From assembly GCA_965222155.1 (NCBI GenBank), contig CBDCTH010000012.1, forward strand, positions 2,560,001 to 2,624,000: DNA of 64,000 nt, given 5' to 3'. The stretch is from Gammaproteobacteria bacterium (GTDB taxonomy: Bacteria > Pseudomonadota > Gammaproteobacteria > Eutrophobiales > Eutrophobiaceae). This document shows, piece by piece, positions 10,092-20,111 of the stretch. The position numbers were made by a program, and so were the translations under genes. Positions within the stretch are counted from its first letter, which is position 1. Each line of letters opens with the position of its first letter. Below the pieces are notes generated by a model that saw only the letters and a program-made list of their open reading frames with translations, did not search any database and was not told the DNA's origin.

Positions 10092-10838
10092 ATGATCATT
10101 GTCAGGTCGTCAATATTCTTACTGGGAATGGTAATTTCTACCCTCATAGCGGTTCCCATTACCTTCCTCCTGCTGGCAGCGCCCTTCCCGTTCAGGTTTC
10201 GTCTGGTATCAAACTGGGCCAGGTTCAACCTCTGGTGGTTACGTATTACCTGTAACATAACACCAGAGATAGAAGGATTGGAAAATATTATCGACCAACC
10301 CGCCATCATCATGTGTAAACACCAGTCCACCTGGGAGACCCTGCTTATCCAGTTATTGTTCCCACCCCAGGTATGGATATTAAAACGGGAATTGTTGTGG
10401 ATCCCGATCTACGGCTGGGGTCTGGCAACCATGCGCCCCATTGCCATTGACCGATCTCTGGGAGTGCGCGCATTGAAACAGATCGTACGCCAGGGTGTGG
10501 AACGATTAAACGCCGGTTTATGGGTGGTGGTGTTTCCGGAAGGCACACGAATTGCGCCGGGTGAGCGGCAAAAATACCATCCCGGTGGCGGCCTGCTGGC
10601 GCAGAAATCAGGTTGTCCGGTAATCCCCATCGCGCACAATGCCGGTTACCTGTGGCCCCGCAACAGTTTTCTCAAATGGCCCGGTGTCATACGGATGGTC
10701 ATCGGCTCTCCCATACAATCCCAGGGCAAAAAGGCCGCGCAAATCACCCGGGAAGTTGAGGATTGGATCGAAACTACCGTGGCTACTTTGCCTGAGCCAA
10801 CGAACCAGAAGAATAACGGCAACTCTGGCAACCCATGA
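10092..10838 (+). CDS. plsC: 1-acyl-sn-glycerol-3-phosphate acyltransferase
   Basis: KHQSTWE, KRELLWIP, FPEGTR motifs; conserved operon context. Confidence 0.93.
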   Translation: MIIVRSSIFLLGMVISTLIAVPITFLLLAAPFPFRFRLVSNWARFNLWWLRITCNITPEIEGLENIIDQPAIIMCKHQSTWETLLIQLLFPPQVWILKRELLWIPIYGWGLATMRPIAIDRSLGVRALKQIVRQGVERLNAGLWVVVFPEGTRIAPGERQKYHPGGGLLAQKSGCPVIPIAHNAGYLWPRNSFLKWPGVIRMVIGSPIQSQGKKAAQITREVEDWIETTVATLPEPTNQKNNGNSGNP

Positions 10839-11659
10839 ATAAACAAGACGGGAAGCCCAGAAAAGATGGCGAGTACCTGAGCACTCTTGCTCGGGGTCTG
10901 TCCGTACTTCGCTCGTTCACCAAGGAACGACCGGAAATGACATTGAGCGAAGTTGCCGCATACACGAATCTAAGTCCCGCCGTGGCCCGACGTTGTCTTA
11001 ACACCCTGGTTCAATTGGGTTACGTTGGGAAAAGAGGTAAATTGTTTCTATTGACGCCCGAAGTAATGGGTTTTGCCTCCGCTTTTCTGGAATCCGTAAA
11101 CCTGGAAGAAGTCGCGCGGCCGTATCTACAGGAAGTCCGGGACAGTACCGGAGACAGTTCCTCACTGGCGGTATTATCACATCTTGACATTTTATACCTG
11201 GTTCATGTTTCAACAAACCGCATGATCAGGCTCGATGCCGGCTTCGGCACGCGCTTTCCTGCTTATTCTACGTCCCTGGGTCGTGTCCTTATCGCCCACC
11301 AGACAGATAAATACATTGACGATTATCTCAGACGGGTCAAACCTGAGAAACTCACCAATAAAACCGTGACATCCAAGGTTCAACTCCGAAAAATTCTGAA
11401 CAAGTGCAGGCGCTACGGTTTCACTTCAACCCAGGATGAATTGGATTATGGGATTGTGTCTGTGGCTGTGCCCGTATTCGATAACGACGGTGAGATTCTC
11501 GCAGCAATAAACTGTTCAACCGCGACGACCCGCGTTAACCAGGAGGAGATGATCGAGACCCGCTTACCTCACCTGATGACGGCGGCAAAAAAAATCGAGC
11601 AGGAACTACGCCGTTATCCGATCCTGGTCCACTCAATCAAGAGCGCCTCTTCCCGATGA
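10835..11659 (+). CDS. IclR-family regulator, PcaR/PcaU/PobR type
   Basis: LARGLSVL HTH, GTRFPAYSTSLGRVL, ELDYGIVSVAVPV. Confidence 0.93.
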   Translation: MNKQDGKPRKDGEYLSTLARGLSVLRSFTKERPEMTLSEVAAYTNLSPAVARRCLNTLVQLGYVGKRGKLFLLTPEVMGFASAFLESVNLEEVARPYLQEVRDSTGDSSSLAVLSHLDILYLVHVSTNRMIRLDAGFGTRFPAYSTSLGRVLIAHQTDKYIDDYLRRVKPEKLTNKTVTSKVQLRKILNKCRRYGFTSTQDELDYGIVSVAVPVFDNDGEILAAINCSTATTRVNQEEMIETRLPHLMTAAKKIEQELRRYPILVHSIKSASSR

Positions 11660-12487
11660 GGGTGCATATTCGTCAACACCGGCACAAAAGCGTATCACCT
11701 GTTCGTTGTATAAATCCGGCTCGGTGAGATTACTCAGGTGGCCACTGTGTTCAAAAACGATCTCTCGACAATCCGGGATAATCTCGAGTAATTTTTGCGC
11801 GTGCGCACGCAGTCTGCTGATTTCGTTTGCCCCGGTCAGGAGCAGGGTCGGAGCAGCGAATTCAGCGAGTTTCCCCAATACATCCTGCGAAAAAGCGAAA
11901 CTATCCGCTGAGAAATTCATCATATCTGCGCCGGTGTAAGAACCCAGGATTTCATCAAGCAGACGGTGGACGGTCTCGTACCGGGGGTCCAGATTCATCA
12001 AGGGATGACGGAGCCAGCGCTGACGCATGATGTCCGTTTTTCCGGCGCGAATCAACTCTGCATACTCTGCGAAGGGTATGCGTTCATTTTCTGGTTCATC
12101 GACAACCAGGCCGTCTACAACCGCCCCCTGCAGAATCAGGGAACGCAGGCGTTGTGGCCGGGTAACCGCATAGCGCAACGCAAGCCGCGCGCCCTGGGAC
12201 ATGCCCAGCAGGTGTATGGTGTCAAGCGACAAGGCGTCGGCAATCCTGTCCACATCATCCAGTTCCAGCTTAAGGTCCGGGGCTGCTGTTGATTGGCCAA
12301 AGCCGCGACGATCATAACTGATGACGTGGAAGCATTCACTGAGACGAGGTATCTGAGGTTCGAACATGCGCTGATCCAGGGCCCAACCGTGCATGAGCAA
12401 TAGTGGCGACCCTTCACCCGCCTGCCGGAGGTAGAGTTTTCCTCCATTGACCTTGATCCACATCGTTTTGTTTCCGACCGTGACCAT
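11633..12487 (-). CDS. Alpha/beta-fold hydrolase (PcaD-like); start uncertain
   Basis: LLMHGW, YDRRGFG, nucleophile GMSQG, GHL catalytic His. Confidence 0.88.
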   Translation of the reverse strand: MVTVGNKTMWIKVNGGKLYLRQAGEGSPLLLMHGWALDQRMFEPQIPRLSECFHVISYDRRGFGQSTAAPDLKLELDDVDRIADALSLDTIHLLGMSQGARLALRYAVTRPQRLRSLILQGAVVDGLVVDEPENERIPFAEYAELIRAGKTDIMRQRWLRHPLMNLDPRYETVHRLLDEILGSYTGADMMNFSADSFAFSQDVLGKLAEFAAPTLLLTGANEISRLRAHAQKLLEIIPDCREIVFEHSGHLSNLTEPDLYNEQVIRFCAGVDEYAPSSGRGALD

Positions 12488-12495
12488 CGTTGGGA

Positions 12496-13266
12496 TCAGT
12501 CCTGGTAAGTGATACGCTCCTGTGCAGCAAACCACAGGTCATGCCCGATTGGATTGTTCATCTCCTCAAACAGGTGTCCCACCAGGCCGGCACAGCGTGC
12601 AATCAGCACGATACCGCGCATCAGGGAGGCCGGCACGCCAGCTTCGCCAAGCACTGCCGCGATAGCTGCGCTGACGTTCATAACGAGCGGTTTGTTGATG
12701 ACCTCCTGTACGGCAGCTTCAAGGATTTCGAGTGCGCTGAGATATTCACCGTTCACGCCGATCTCTCTCGCAACTTCCAAAAGACGACCGACCCGCAGGT
12801 CGCCCCCATGATGAATGGGGTGGCCGAAACCGGGGACCGGACGACGTATCTGCCGGTATGACCTGACCTTCTCAATCGCTATGGATTTTCGTTCCGCCGC
12901 CGTTGCCGCGACGATATCTTCGAGCAACTCACCGCATTCACCGGCAGTGCCGGCGTAGCGGTCTCCAACACCCAGCAATCCGGCAACTACCGCGCCCTGA
13001 AATGATTCAGGCGCGCCATGGTGGGTCAATCTGGTGGCAATGGAAGACGGCACCAGACCGTGCTCCATGATGGTTACCAGCACGGCATCGATGATCCGGG
13101 ATTGCATTTTGGTTGGTTCTTTGCCGAGCGCCTGCAGCAATAACAATTCAGTAAACGAATACTTCCCAATGAGTTCGTTCACGAGATTCCTGCCGCGGAT
13201 CAATACGTTTTCCTCATCAAACCCGCAGATAGCCGTACTGGGCGGCGGCTTGTCTTTGTCAGTCAT
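12496..13266 (-). CDS. Citryl-CoA lyase / citrate-synthase-fold CoA lyase
   Basis: RGRNLVNELIG, EHGLVPS, PGFGHP, ARCAGLVGH; RBS before MTDKD. Confidence 0.88.
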   Translation of the reverse strand: MTDKDKPPPSTAICGFDEENVLIRGRNLVNELIGKYSFTELLLLQALGKEPTKMQSRIIDAVLVTIMEHGLVPSSIATRLTHHGAPESFQGAVVAGLLGVGDRYAGTAGECGELLEDIVAATAAERKSIAIEKVRSYRQIRRPVPGFGHPIHHGGDLRVGRLLEVAREIGVNGEYLSALEILEAAVQEVINKPLVMNVSAAIAAVLGEAGVPASLMRGIVLIARCAGLVGHLFEEMNNPIGHDLWFAAQERITYQD

Positions 13267-13377
13267 CAAAGTCCTCCTGTCCTGAAAATATGGGAGCCAC
13301 ATGTTGCAGGCACAAAAAATTCACTATAGCACAATCGAATCGTGCAGCGACGCCCTGGTTTCATGTTCCAAAAAAAC

Positions 13378-13413
13378 ATTTCGTATATCGAAGTTGACTT
13401 CGATATACGAAAT
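13378..13413. promoter_or_regulatory. Perfect 17-bp inverted repeat; probable tandem IclR (PcaU/PobR-type) operator in a divergent promoter
   Basis: ATTTCGTATATCGAAGT-TG-ACTTCGATATACGAAAT; each arm contains TTCG-N5-CGAA. Confidence 0.7.
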
Positions 13414-13484
13414 TGTTATCGTATACCAAACTGGGATAGTAATATCCTGAGCATGAATAAACGGAAACCGTGAGACAGTAACAA

Positions 13485-14027
13485 ATGAACACAAAACTGA
13501 AAATTTCCGGCCGTCTTCACCATAATGCGCACGTTACAACGGACATGGAAGCCGTAAGAAAATTCTACGAGGAGATCATCGGTGCTCCGCTGGTGGCAAC
13601 CTGGTGTGAAAAAACCGATTTGTTCGGTAAAGAGCGAACCTACATGCATTGTTTCTTTGAAATAGGCGGTGGTGAATGCCTGGCATTTTTTCAATTTGCC
13701 GATGAAGATAACCGGCGTGAATTCGGACCGGAGTTGCCACTCTCAGGCTTTCGTCACCTCGCCATGAAAGTCGACCAGGAGACCCAGGATGGCATCCGTG
13801 ATCGCCTGGCGGCCGCCGGATACAAAGAACCGGACACATACATTCTGAACCATGGGTACTGCTACTCGCTGTACGTGCTTGATCCTGCGCAGCTTCTGAT
13901 TGAATTTACTGTTGACCATGAAGATGTCGAACAAATAAACACGGACCAGCGCGACAAGGCCCATAGCGAACTCAAGCGCTGGCTGGCTGGAGACCACTCC
14001 CCGAATAACGAAGCGTATCACCGGTAA
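13485..14027 (+). CDS. VOC (glyoxalase/extradiol dioxygenase) family protein
   Basis: LHHNA, RHLA, SLYVLDP...IEF metal-binding pattern. Confidence 0.88.
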   Translation: MNTKLKISGRLHHNAHVTTDMEAVRKFYEEIIGAPLVATWCEKTDLFGKERTYMHCFFEIGGGECLAFFQFADEDNRREFGPELPLSGFRHLAMKVDQETQDGIRDRLAAAGYKEPDTYILNHGYCYSLYVLDPAQLLIEFTVDHEDVEQINTDQRDKAHSELKRWLAGDHSPNNEAYHR

Positions 14028-14085
14028 AACCATCTGGAAAAAACTTGAGAACGACTATCCCAAACAACTGCAGAAAGCCGGCGCC

Positions 14086-15426
14086 ATGATGTATGACCAA
14101 GACATTGAAACTCGCCCGGTAGAGGAACAATTCTCACTGGATCGGGAAAGCTATCGAAAACAAATCCGATACTTATTCAACCAGTCCGCTTTTTACCAGC
14201 GAAAACTGAATGGGGCCGGCTTTCAAAATCCTGCTGAGGTGGGCGAGTTGGATAATATTGCCAGTCTCCCGTTTACGGAAAAAGACGAGATTCGAGCGAC
14301 TCAAGCAGCCTCTCCCCCATTCGGGGATCACCTGGCCTGCCCCCCGGAAGAACTGTTGCGGGTCTACAATACCAGCGGCACGACAGGGGTGCCGTCCCGT
14401 CTTGGACTAACGCGTAACGACCTGGACGTTTACGCAACAAACGTAGCCCGAGGTTATACCGCGGCCGGCTTCGCGACAGGGCAACGCATCGTTGTCGGGT
14501 TTAACGCCGGACCGTTCGTTGCGGGAGCAGTTTACAATGGTTTTGACAAATTACGCTGTACGATAATACCCATAGGGACCGGCAACATGGAGCGACTGGT
14601 CTCTGCTATCCAGACATTAAAGGCAACAGGCATCAGCTGCACCCCTTCCTATGGACTGTATCTTATCGATTGGTGTCGACAGCATAACATCAAGACTCAA
14701 ACCCTGGGGCTCAAAAATATGATCACCGCGGGCGAACCGGGAGGCAGTGACCCGTTGATTCGCAGCCGAATTGAGGACGCCTTCGGCTGTAAAGTACGTG
14801 AGGCCATGGGGATCGGCGATATTTCACTAACGGTATGGGCTGAGGACAATGACGCTGATGGAATGCACTTTATGGCGCGCGGCTTTGTCCACATTGAACT
14901 CATCGATCCTGACAGCGGCGCTCCACTGGCCTGGGAAGACGGCGTGAAAGGAGAGTTGGTTTACACGGCTCTGCAACGCGAAGCGATGCCGTTGTTGCGC
15001 TTCCGGAGTCGCGATCACGTCATAGTGAACATGAAACCCAATCCGCTTGGCCGAACCGGCCCCAGAATACGCTGCGTGGGCCGCACTGACGATATGCTCA
15101 TCGTGCGCGGCGTCAATGTATTTCCGTCCGCAATCCGTAGCGTACTCAAGCAGTTCACCCCTGAAGTATCGGGCATGATGCAAGTAAGGCCGAAACAAAA
15201 AGGAGTCACGCAAACACCGCCTCTCCCGGTCGTGGTTGAACTTGGCGATAACGGCGCCCCGCCGTCCAATCATTTACAACAGCGCATCGTCGATGAGGTT
15301 AGATCGCGTCTCCTTGTCAAAACCGATATTAAGCTTGTGTCTTACGGGACGCTGCCCCGTGAAACGTACAAATCCAGACTTATCGACTATTCCGATGTAA
15401 CGCCGGTCGAGGTTGTATCAACATGA
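14086..15426 (+). CDS. Phenylacetate--CoA ligase family protein
   Basis: LPFTEKD, TSGTTG, AGEP, PLLRFRSRD, GRTDDMLIVRGVNVFPS. Confidence 0.92.
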   Translation: MMYDQDIETRPVEEQFSLDRESYRKQIRYLFNQSAFYQRKLNGAGFQNPAEVGELDNIASLPFTEKDEIRATQAASPPFGDHLACPPEELLRVYNTSGTTGVPSRLGLTRNDLDVYATNVARGYTAAGFATGQRIVVGFNAGPFVAGAVYNGFDKLRCTIIPIGTGNMERLVSAIQTLKATGISCTPSYGLYLIDWCRQHNIKTQTLGLKNMITAGEPGGSDPLIRSRIEDAFGCKVREAMGIGDISLTVWAEDNDADGMHFMARGFVHIELIDPDSGAPLAWEDGVKGELVYTALQREAMPLLRFRSRDHVIVNMKPNPLGRTGPRIRCVGRTDDMLIVRGVNVFPSAIRSVLKQFTPEVSGMMQVRPKQKGVTQTPPLPVVVELGDNGAPPSNHLQQRIVDEVRSRLLVKTDIKLVSYGTLPRETYKSRLIDYSDVTPVEVVST

Positions 15427-15481
15427 AATCAATATATTCGAATAGGGTCGCTATCGACCTGCCGCCGCAGGGTAACGACTG

Positions 15482-15752
15482 ATGTGGCCCTTCGGTGACG
15501 GCGAAGATTTCCTTGAGAATCAGTGGTATGTGGCGGCGTGGAGCAACGAGGTCAGTTCAGATAAACCGTTTGAGCGATGGATCTGCGGACAACCGGTGGT
15601 TTTCTACCGCGACCAGGAAGGAAAGGCTGTCGCCCTGCACGGGCGCTGCCCGCACCGCAACTTCCCGCTGAGCAAGGCCCGCATCCGCGGCAACATACTG
15701 GAGTGCGGCTACCACGGTCTCCAGTTCGATCCCGACGGCAACTGCGTGCAAA
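15482..15752 (+). pseudogene. Truncated Rieske non-heme iron oxygenase alpha subunit (VanA-like); only the Rieske domain remains
   Basis: NQWYVAAW, CPHR, CGYHG; sequence switches to transposase after GNCVQ. Confidence 0.85.
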
Positions 15753-15755
15753 CAC

Positions 15756-16305
15756 ACGCACCAGGGACGTTTGCCGCAGGAATTGGCCGCGGCCGGTATT
15801 ACCACGATGAACGCCGCCAATGCGTATCTGCGGGATGTCTACCTGCCGGCGTTTAATGCCGAGTTTGCCCATCCGTCCCGGGAGGCCGGCTCAGCCTTCG
15901 TGCCCTGCCCGCAGTCAGTGGTACTGGATGACAGCCTGTGTGAGCATGTTGCGCGAACCGTGAGCAAGGACAACTGCGTGCGTGTAGACGGCCTGGTATT
16001 ACAGCTTCCAGCTGACCGGCATCGCTATCACTACATCAAGGCCAAGGTGAAGGTCGCTCGTCCCCTGCTCAACGCCCTGCAGGGGCAGGCTCTGGGACGG
16101 CACCCTGAGCCTGTTCCATGGCCCCCGGCGCTTGGCACGATGCGATGCGCAAGGACAGCTCATAGCCGATGAACTACCGACTGCTGCGTAATGTCCGCCG
16201 CACAGTCGGCATTGGAATCTCGATCCTTCAGGAGCGATTCAGTGTGAAGACAAAAGCGGACAATTCATTTGTTACAGAAGCGGACAAATCTATTTGTTGA
16301 CAACA
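15756..16305 (+). mobile_element. 3' remnant of an ISNCY/IS1202-like element (transposase C-terminus plus right end)
   Basis: THQGRLPQELAAAGITTMNAANAYL..YLPAFN; end carries AAGCGGACAA-N-ATTTGTT twice and terminates in ...GACAACA. Confidence 0.75.
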
Positions 16306-16423
16306 AAATATAAAATATTATTTGACAATATTACCTATTGTTATAAAGTATATGTAACCACACCGTTGGTATGCCCATCTTCCCTGCATGCAGCAGGCAG
16401 GGAAAGGAGGGAGCCACGGCCCG

Positions 16424-16454
16424 ACAGCCGCCACTAACGCGGCTGTTCTTTTTT
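16424..16454 (+). terminator. Rho-independent terminator (orphan, or bidirectional)
   Basis: ACAGCCGC-7nt-GCGGCTGT followed by TCTTTTTT. Confidence 0.7.
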
Positions 16455-16563
16455 GTGTTGCTCATTCTCCGGGTAATCAATTCCTTCTTCGTGCAGACTT
16501 CCTGTGATCGCGCGTGGCGTCACAATGTTCTTGGCGCCCCATTTCTTCAACAGAGTGTCAAGG

Positions 16564-17706
16564 CTATTCCAGTCCCGTCAGTCGTTCGATGAACCGGGCC
16601 TTGCGAGAATGTCGGGAGCGAAGTGCGCGAAGACGTTCTGAATAGGTTTTCAACGTGTTGTCTTCCTCGGCCAGGACACGAAGATCGGTAAGCAGCTCCG
16701 TTGCGCGTTCATACCCGTTTGCATTACGTTTTTCGATCTCTCTTTCGATCTCATTCCAGACAGACAGGCCCCGTCGCTTGACGATACTCAGACGTGCGCG
16801 CCGCGCCTTTTCAGCTGCGCGCACCTGTTGCTGCCGTAGCGCTTCCAGCCGCTCAGCTTCGGCAGCTTCACGCGCCTTGCCTATTTCTGCGGCACGGGCG
16901 CGCAGGGCCGACACTGTTCGGCGCCTCTCCTGTATTTCACCCGTGGCGAGTGCTAGCGCCTCCCGAACCCTGCTCCGAACCTCCGCCGCCACATAAGGAT
17001 CACCCTCTGCCAGACGCTCTAATAAGGCTTCCTTTTCCTTGTTCGGAATCCCTGAGATGGCTGCGCGGGTCGCGACTTCCGGAAGGACAGAAGCGCCTGC
17101 GTATGGAGACTCCTCAGCGGCAGCCTGCACGAGATCGGGGTCTATACGGAAGAAATCTGCGAATGCTTCGAGGCTGTCGCTAAGCGGGCCGATACCCGCC
17201 AGGGGTTCCTTCTCGTCGTCTTTCAGGTCCTTCCTTTGCGCCATCATAAGCCAGAGGAGGTAGAACATCCTCCAATCGCCTGAAAGCAGGTCAGCCCGTA
17301 GCGGCGCCAATGTGCCGAGCCAACCAGAACCATCGTCATCCCAATCAGTAAATTCCGAAGGTTCATCGTCGTCGTATATGTCGATGATCAGGTTCTCACC
17401 CGACGCCCGTATATCGACACCATCGACGTCGTGTAGGAACACATCGAGTCGGGTATGGTTAACCAATCGTTTCGGTAACCGGATCATCAGCCGGCGTGAC
17501 CCCCAGTTCGCGAGATACAGGTGCAAGTCGAACCAGCGCTCCATCAACCGCCTAGGGTCGCCCCTGAAGTTACCCCAATCATAGTGATTGGTAAAGCTCG
17601 TGGCCGTGATGCGTGCTCTGGTAGACAATGCTCGCAGTGCCTCCATATCCTGCTTGTCAAGGGGTCGATCGACTGCCTGGAACTCGTAATACTGGTATTC
17701 GCTCAA
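16564..17706 (-). CDS. Conserved hypothetical protein of the MSEYQYYEF family
   Basis: 380-aa ORF with TTG start; conserved N-terminus SEYQYYEFQAVDRPL..LSTRA..YDWGNF..YLANWG; coiled-coil C-terminus. Confidence 0.85.
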   Translation of the reverse strand: MSEYQYYEFQAVDRPLDKQDMEALRALSTRARITATSFTNHYDWGNFRGDPRRLMERWFDLHLYLANWGSRRLMIRLPKRLVNHTRLDVFLHDVDGVDIRASGENLIIDIYDDDEPSEFTDWDDDGSGWLGTLAPLRADLLSGDWRMFYLLWLMMAQRKDLKDDEKEPLAGIGPLSDSLEAFADFFRIDPDLVQAAAEESPYAGASVLPEVATRAAISGIPNKEKEALLERLAEGDPYVAAEVRSRVREALALATGEIQERRRTVSALRARAAEIGKAREAAEAERLEALRQQQVRAAEKARRARLSIVKRRGLSVWNEIEREIEKRNANGYERATELLTDLRVLAEEDNTLKTYSERLRALRSRHSRKARFIERLTGLE

Positions 17707-17778
17707 GAACGGCCCTCCCCATTATTAACAGCGACTTACTGGCAGAAACCTGATTATTCTACCATCGATTAACAGGAC

Positions 17779-17836
17779 CACGAATCTTGATTTGCTCCAT
17801 GTACACAAATGTGTCGTATTTATCCGGATGCGTCAA
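17779..17836. repeat. 58-bp diverged copy of the antitoxin promoter and first codons (partner at 21934-21991)
   Basis: 52 of 58 positions identical by manual alignment. Confidence 0.9.
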
Positions 17837-17939
17837 TGGTTAGCTCACAGCATCTCACCTTTCAGGTATAATGTACAAAGAGAGACGGTAAATGCGGACA
17901 AGAAGGAAGTGAGGAATCCAAGCAACAGAAACAATCTCT

Positions 17940-20111
17940 ATGAAAGCAGAGAAAACAGGTATTTCAGAGCAGCTGAAATTGATACGTGAACAATCACGCA
18001 TTTCCACGCCTGAGTTGGCGCAGCTTATAGGTACTTCACTTGTCGCCGTTGAGCAGTGGGAACGAAGTAATGTTTCGCCATCACCACAACAACAAGATAA
18101 AATAGCTGAACTGCTGGAAAAAATCCAAAAAGGAGAAATAGTCCAGCCTCCGTCGCTGGTACTGCAGAATGGCACATTCGCATCAAGAGGAGCTACCAGG
18201 AGGGCGTTAAAATCAAAGCAGACTGATTTATTTACCAGACAACCAAAAATACAATTCAGAGAAACACCGTCTCCATCACTCCTTTCCATCATCAAGAACG
18301 GTCAATTTATTTTGGACGGCGAGGATTGCTTGAAAGAGATACTGGCTAATCATCCAAAGCAGGCGAGGACAGTAAGCAACCCAAAAAAATTGGAGATGTC
18401 GGCGGGTAAAAATACATATACCTATGATGCCCACACCTATCACACGAAAGTACCACCACAAGGAATTGTCGAATTTATCAACCATTACCTGCCAGAGGGC
18501 GGTTTAGTCTTCGACCCGTTCTCAGGCAGTGGAATGACCGGCGTTGCTGCGCGTATTACCGGGGCAGATGTCATATTAAATGAACTTTCCCCGGCTGCGT
18601 GTTTTATCAGTCACAATTTTACCGAAGCTATCCCACCTTTGGAATTCTGTACAGCAATAAAAATTATTTTAGACGCCGTGGAGGAAGTACGAGGCAAGCT
18701 TTATACAACCAAATGTCGCGAGTGTGAAAGAAACACGGAAATTCTCTATACCGTATGGTCATATCGCGTTTTGTGTCCCCACTGTGAAACTGAGTTCTTA
18801 TTGTGGGACCACTGTAGAAAATATGGCCGTACAGTCCGAGAACACAAGATATTAAAAGAGTTTTGCTGTCCGTCCTGTGGGGAAACTATAAAGAAAAGAT
18901 CATTGACCCGAACTTTGGCTGAACCGGTGATGCTCGGTTATAAATGTTGCAGTAAATCGCAAGTTGAACATGATCTGACAGATTCGGATTTGGCGATAAT
19001 AAGTGAAGCAGATTCGGGCTGTTTCTTACAGCAAGGTTATTTTCCAGTTACAGAATTACCCGGAGGAGTTAATTTAAATCAGCCAATCAAACACGGTTTA
19101 ACATCAATTGACCGGTTCTATACCACTCGTAATTTATCAGCCATGAGTCACCTCTGGAGAGAGATTCACAGGATCAGTAATCCTGAACTTGCTTCGTCAA
19201 TCGCGTTTATCTTTACTTCTTTGTACCAAAGGGTTACCCGTCTGTCTGAGTTTCGTTTTTGGGGCGGCAGTGGTAATACGGCGCGTTTTAATGTGCCATT
19301 TATTTTTAACGAATCCAACGTATTCGTCACTTTTGAACGCAAGGCTGCAAGTATTCTTGATCATTTGGAAACAACTGCAATCAACTATAAAGGAAGAAAA
19401 GCTGTTGTTTGTAATTCGGCAACGGAACTCAATTATATCCCTGACGAGTCGATGGATTTTATTTTCACTGATCCTCCTTTCGGGAGCAACATTAATTATT
19501 CCGAAATGAATATACTGTGGGAGGCTTGGCTTGGTGAATTTACAGATAACACCCGGGAAGCAATAGTGAACAAAGTTCAAGGAAAAAGTATCAGCGATTA
19601 TGAAGACCTTATGAGGGAAAGCCTGTCCGAGTGCTATCGAATCTTGAGAACCGGACATTGGATGCTGCTCGTATTCATGAACTCATCAAAGGACGTCTGG
19701 GAGGCATTGAAGAGTGCGGTACAAAAGGCGGGTTTTATTATTGAACGACTGGATATATTTGACAAACAGCATGCAACGTTCAAGCAGTTTGTCAGTGACA
19801 ATACCGCTGGTTGTGATTTAGTCTTGCATTGCCGAAAGCGTCTGTCTTCCAGGCTGGTTGACACCCAAGCAAACGCCGTAAAAAATGAAAAATCAATAAC
19901 CCTGTTTATGGCCAATCGCTATGGAGATATTCCGACAACTGAATTTCTGCATGTAACCCGTGATGATGAGCCGGATTTACGCAGGCTATATAGCGAATGG
20001 TTAACGTACGCGTTACCCAAAAACCATGAGCTTGTAGATTTTTCTACTTTTCGTGATTTTGTAACCCAAATTACAAAAACTGAAGGCAAAAATTTAACAA
20101 ACAATGCGTAG
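17940..20111 (+). CDS. DNA amino-methyltransferase (N4-C/N6-A) with N-terminal XRE-type HTH and internal Cys-rich zinc-ribbon region
   Basis: HTH ELAQLIGTSLVAVEQWE; SAM motif FDPFSGSG; catalytic TDPPF; CxxC pairs. Confidence 0.9.
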   Translation: MKAEKTGISEQLKLIREQSRISTPELAQLIGTSLVAVEQWERSNVSPSPQQQDKIAELLEKIQKGEIVQPPSLVLQNGTFASRGATRRALKSKQTDLFTRQPKIQFRETPSPSLLSIIKNGQFILDGEDCLKEILANHPKQARTVSNPKKLEMSAGKNTYTYDAHTYHTKVPPQGIVEFINHYLPEGGLVFDPFSGSGMTGVAARITGADVILNELSPAACFISHNFTEAIPPLEFCTAIKIILDAVEEVRGKLYTTKCRECERNTEILYTVWSYRVLCPHCETEFLLWDHCRKYGRTVREHKILKEFCCPSCGETIKKRSLTRTLAEPVMLGYKCCSKSQVEHDLTDSDLAIISEADSGCFLQQGYFPVTELPGGVNLNQPIKHGLTSIDRFYTTRNLSAMSHLWREIHRISNPELASSIAFIFTSLYQRVTRLSEFRFWGGSGNTARFNVPFIFNESNVFVTFERKAASILDHLETTAINYKGRKAVVCNSATELNYIPDESMDFIFTDPPFGSNINYSEMNILWEAWLGEFTDNTREAIVNKVQGKSISDYEDLMRESLSECYRILRTGHWMLLVFMNSSKDVWEALKSAVQKAGFIIERLDIFDKQHATFKQFVSDNTAGCDLVLHCRKRLSSRLVDTQANAVKNEKSITLFMANRYGDIPTTEFLHVTRDDEPDLRRLYSEWLTYALPKNHELVDFSTFRDFVTQITKTEGKNLTNNA

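Noticed and set aside
16306-16360. Possible Xer/dif site next to the IS1202-like end
   Set aside because: AT-rich, but no recognisable XerD arm (TTATGTTAAAT)
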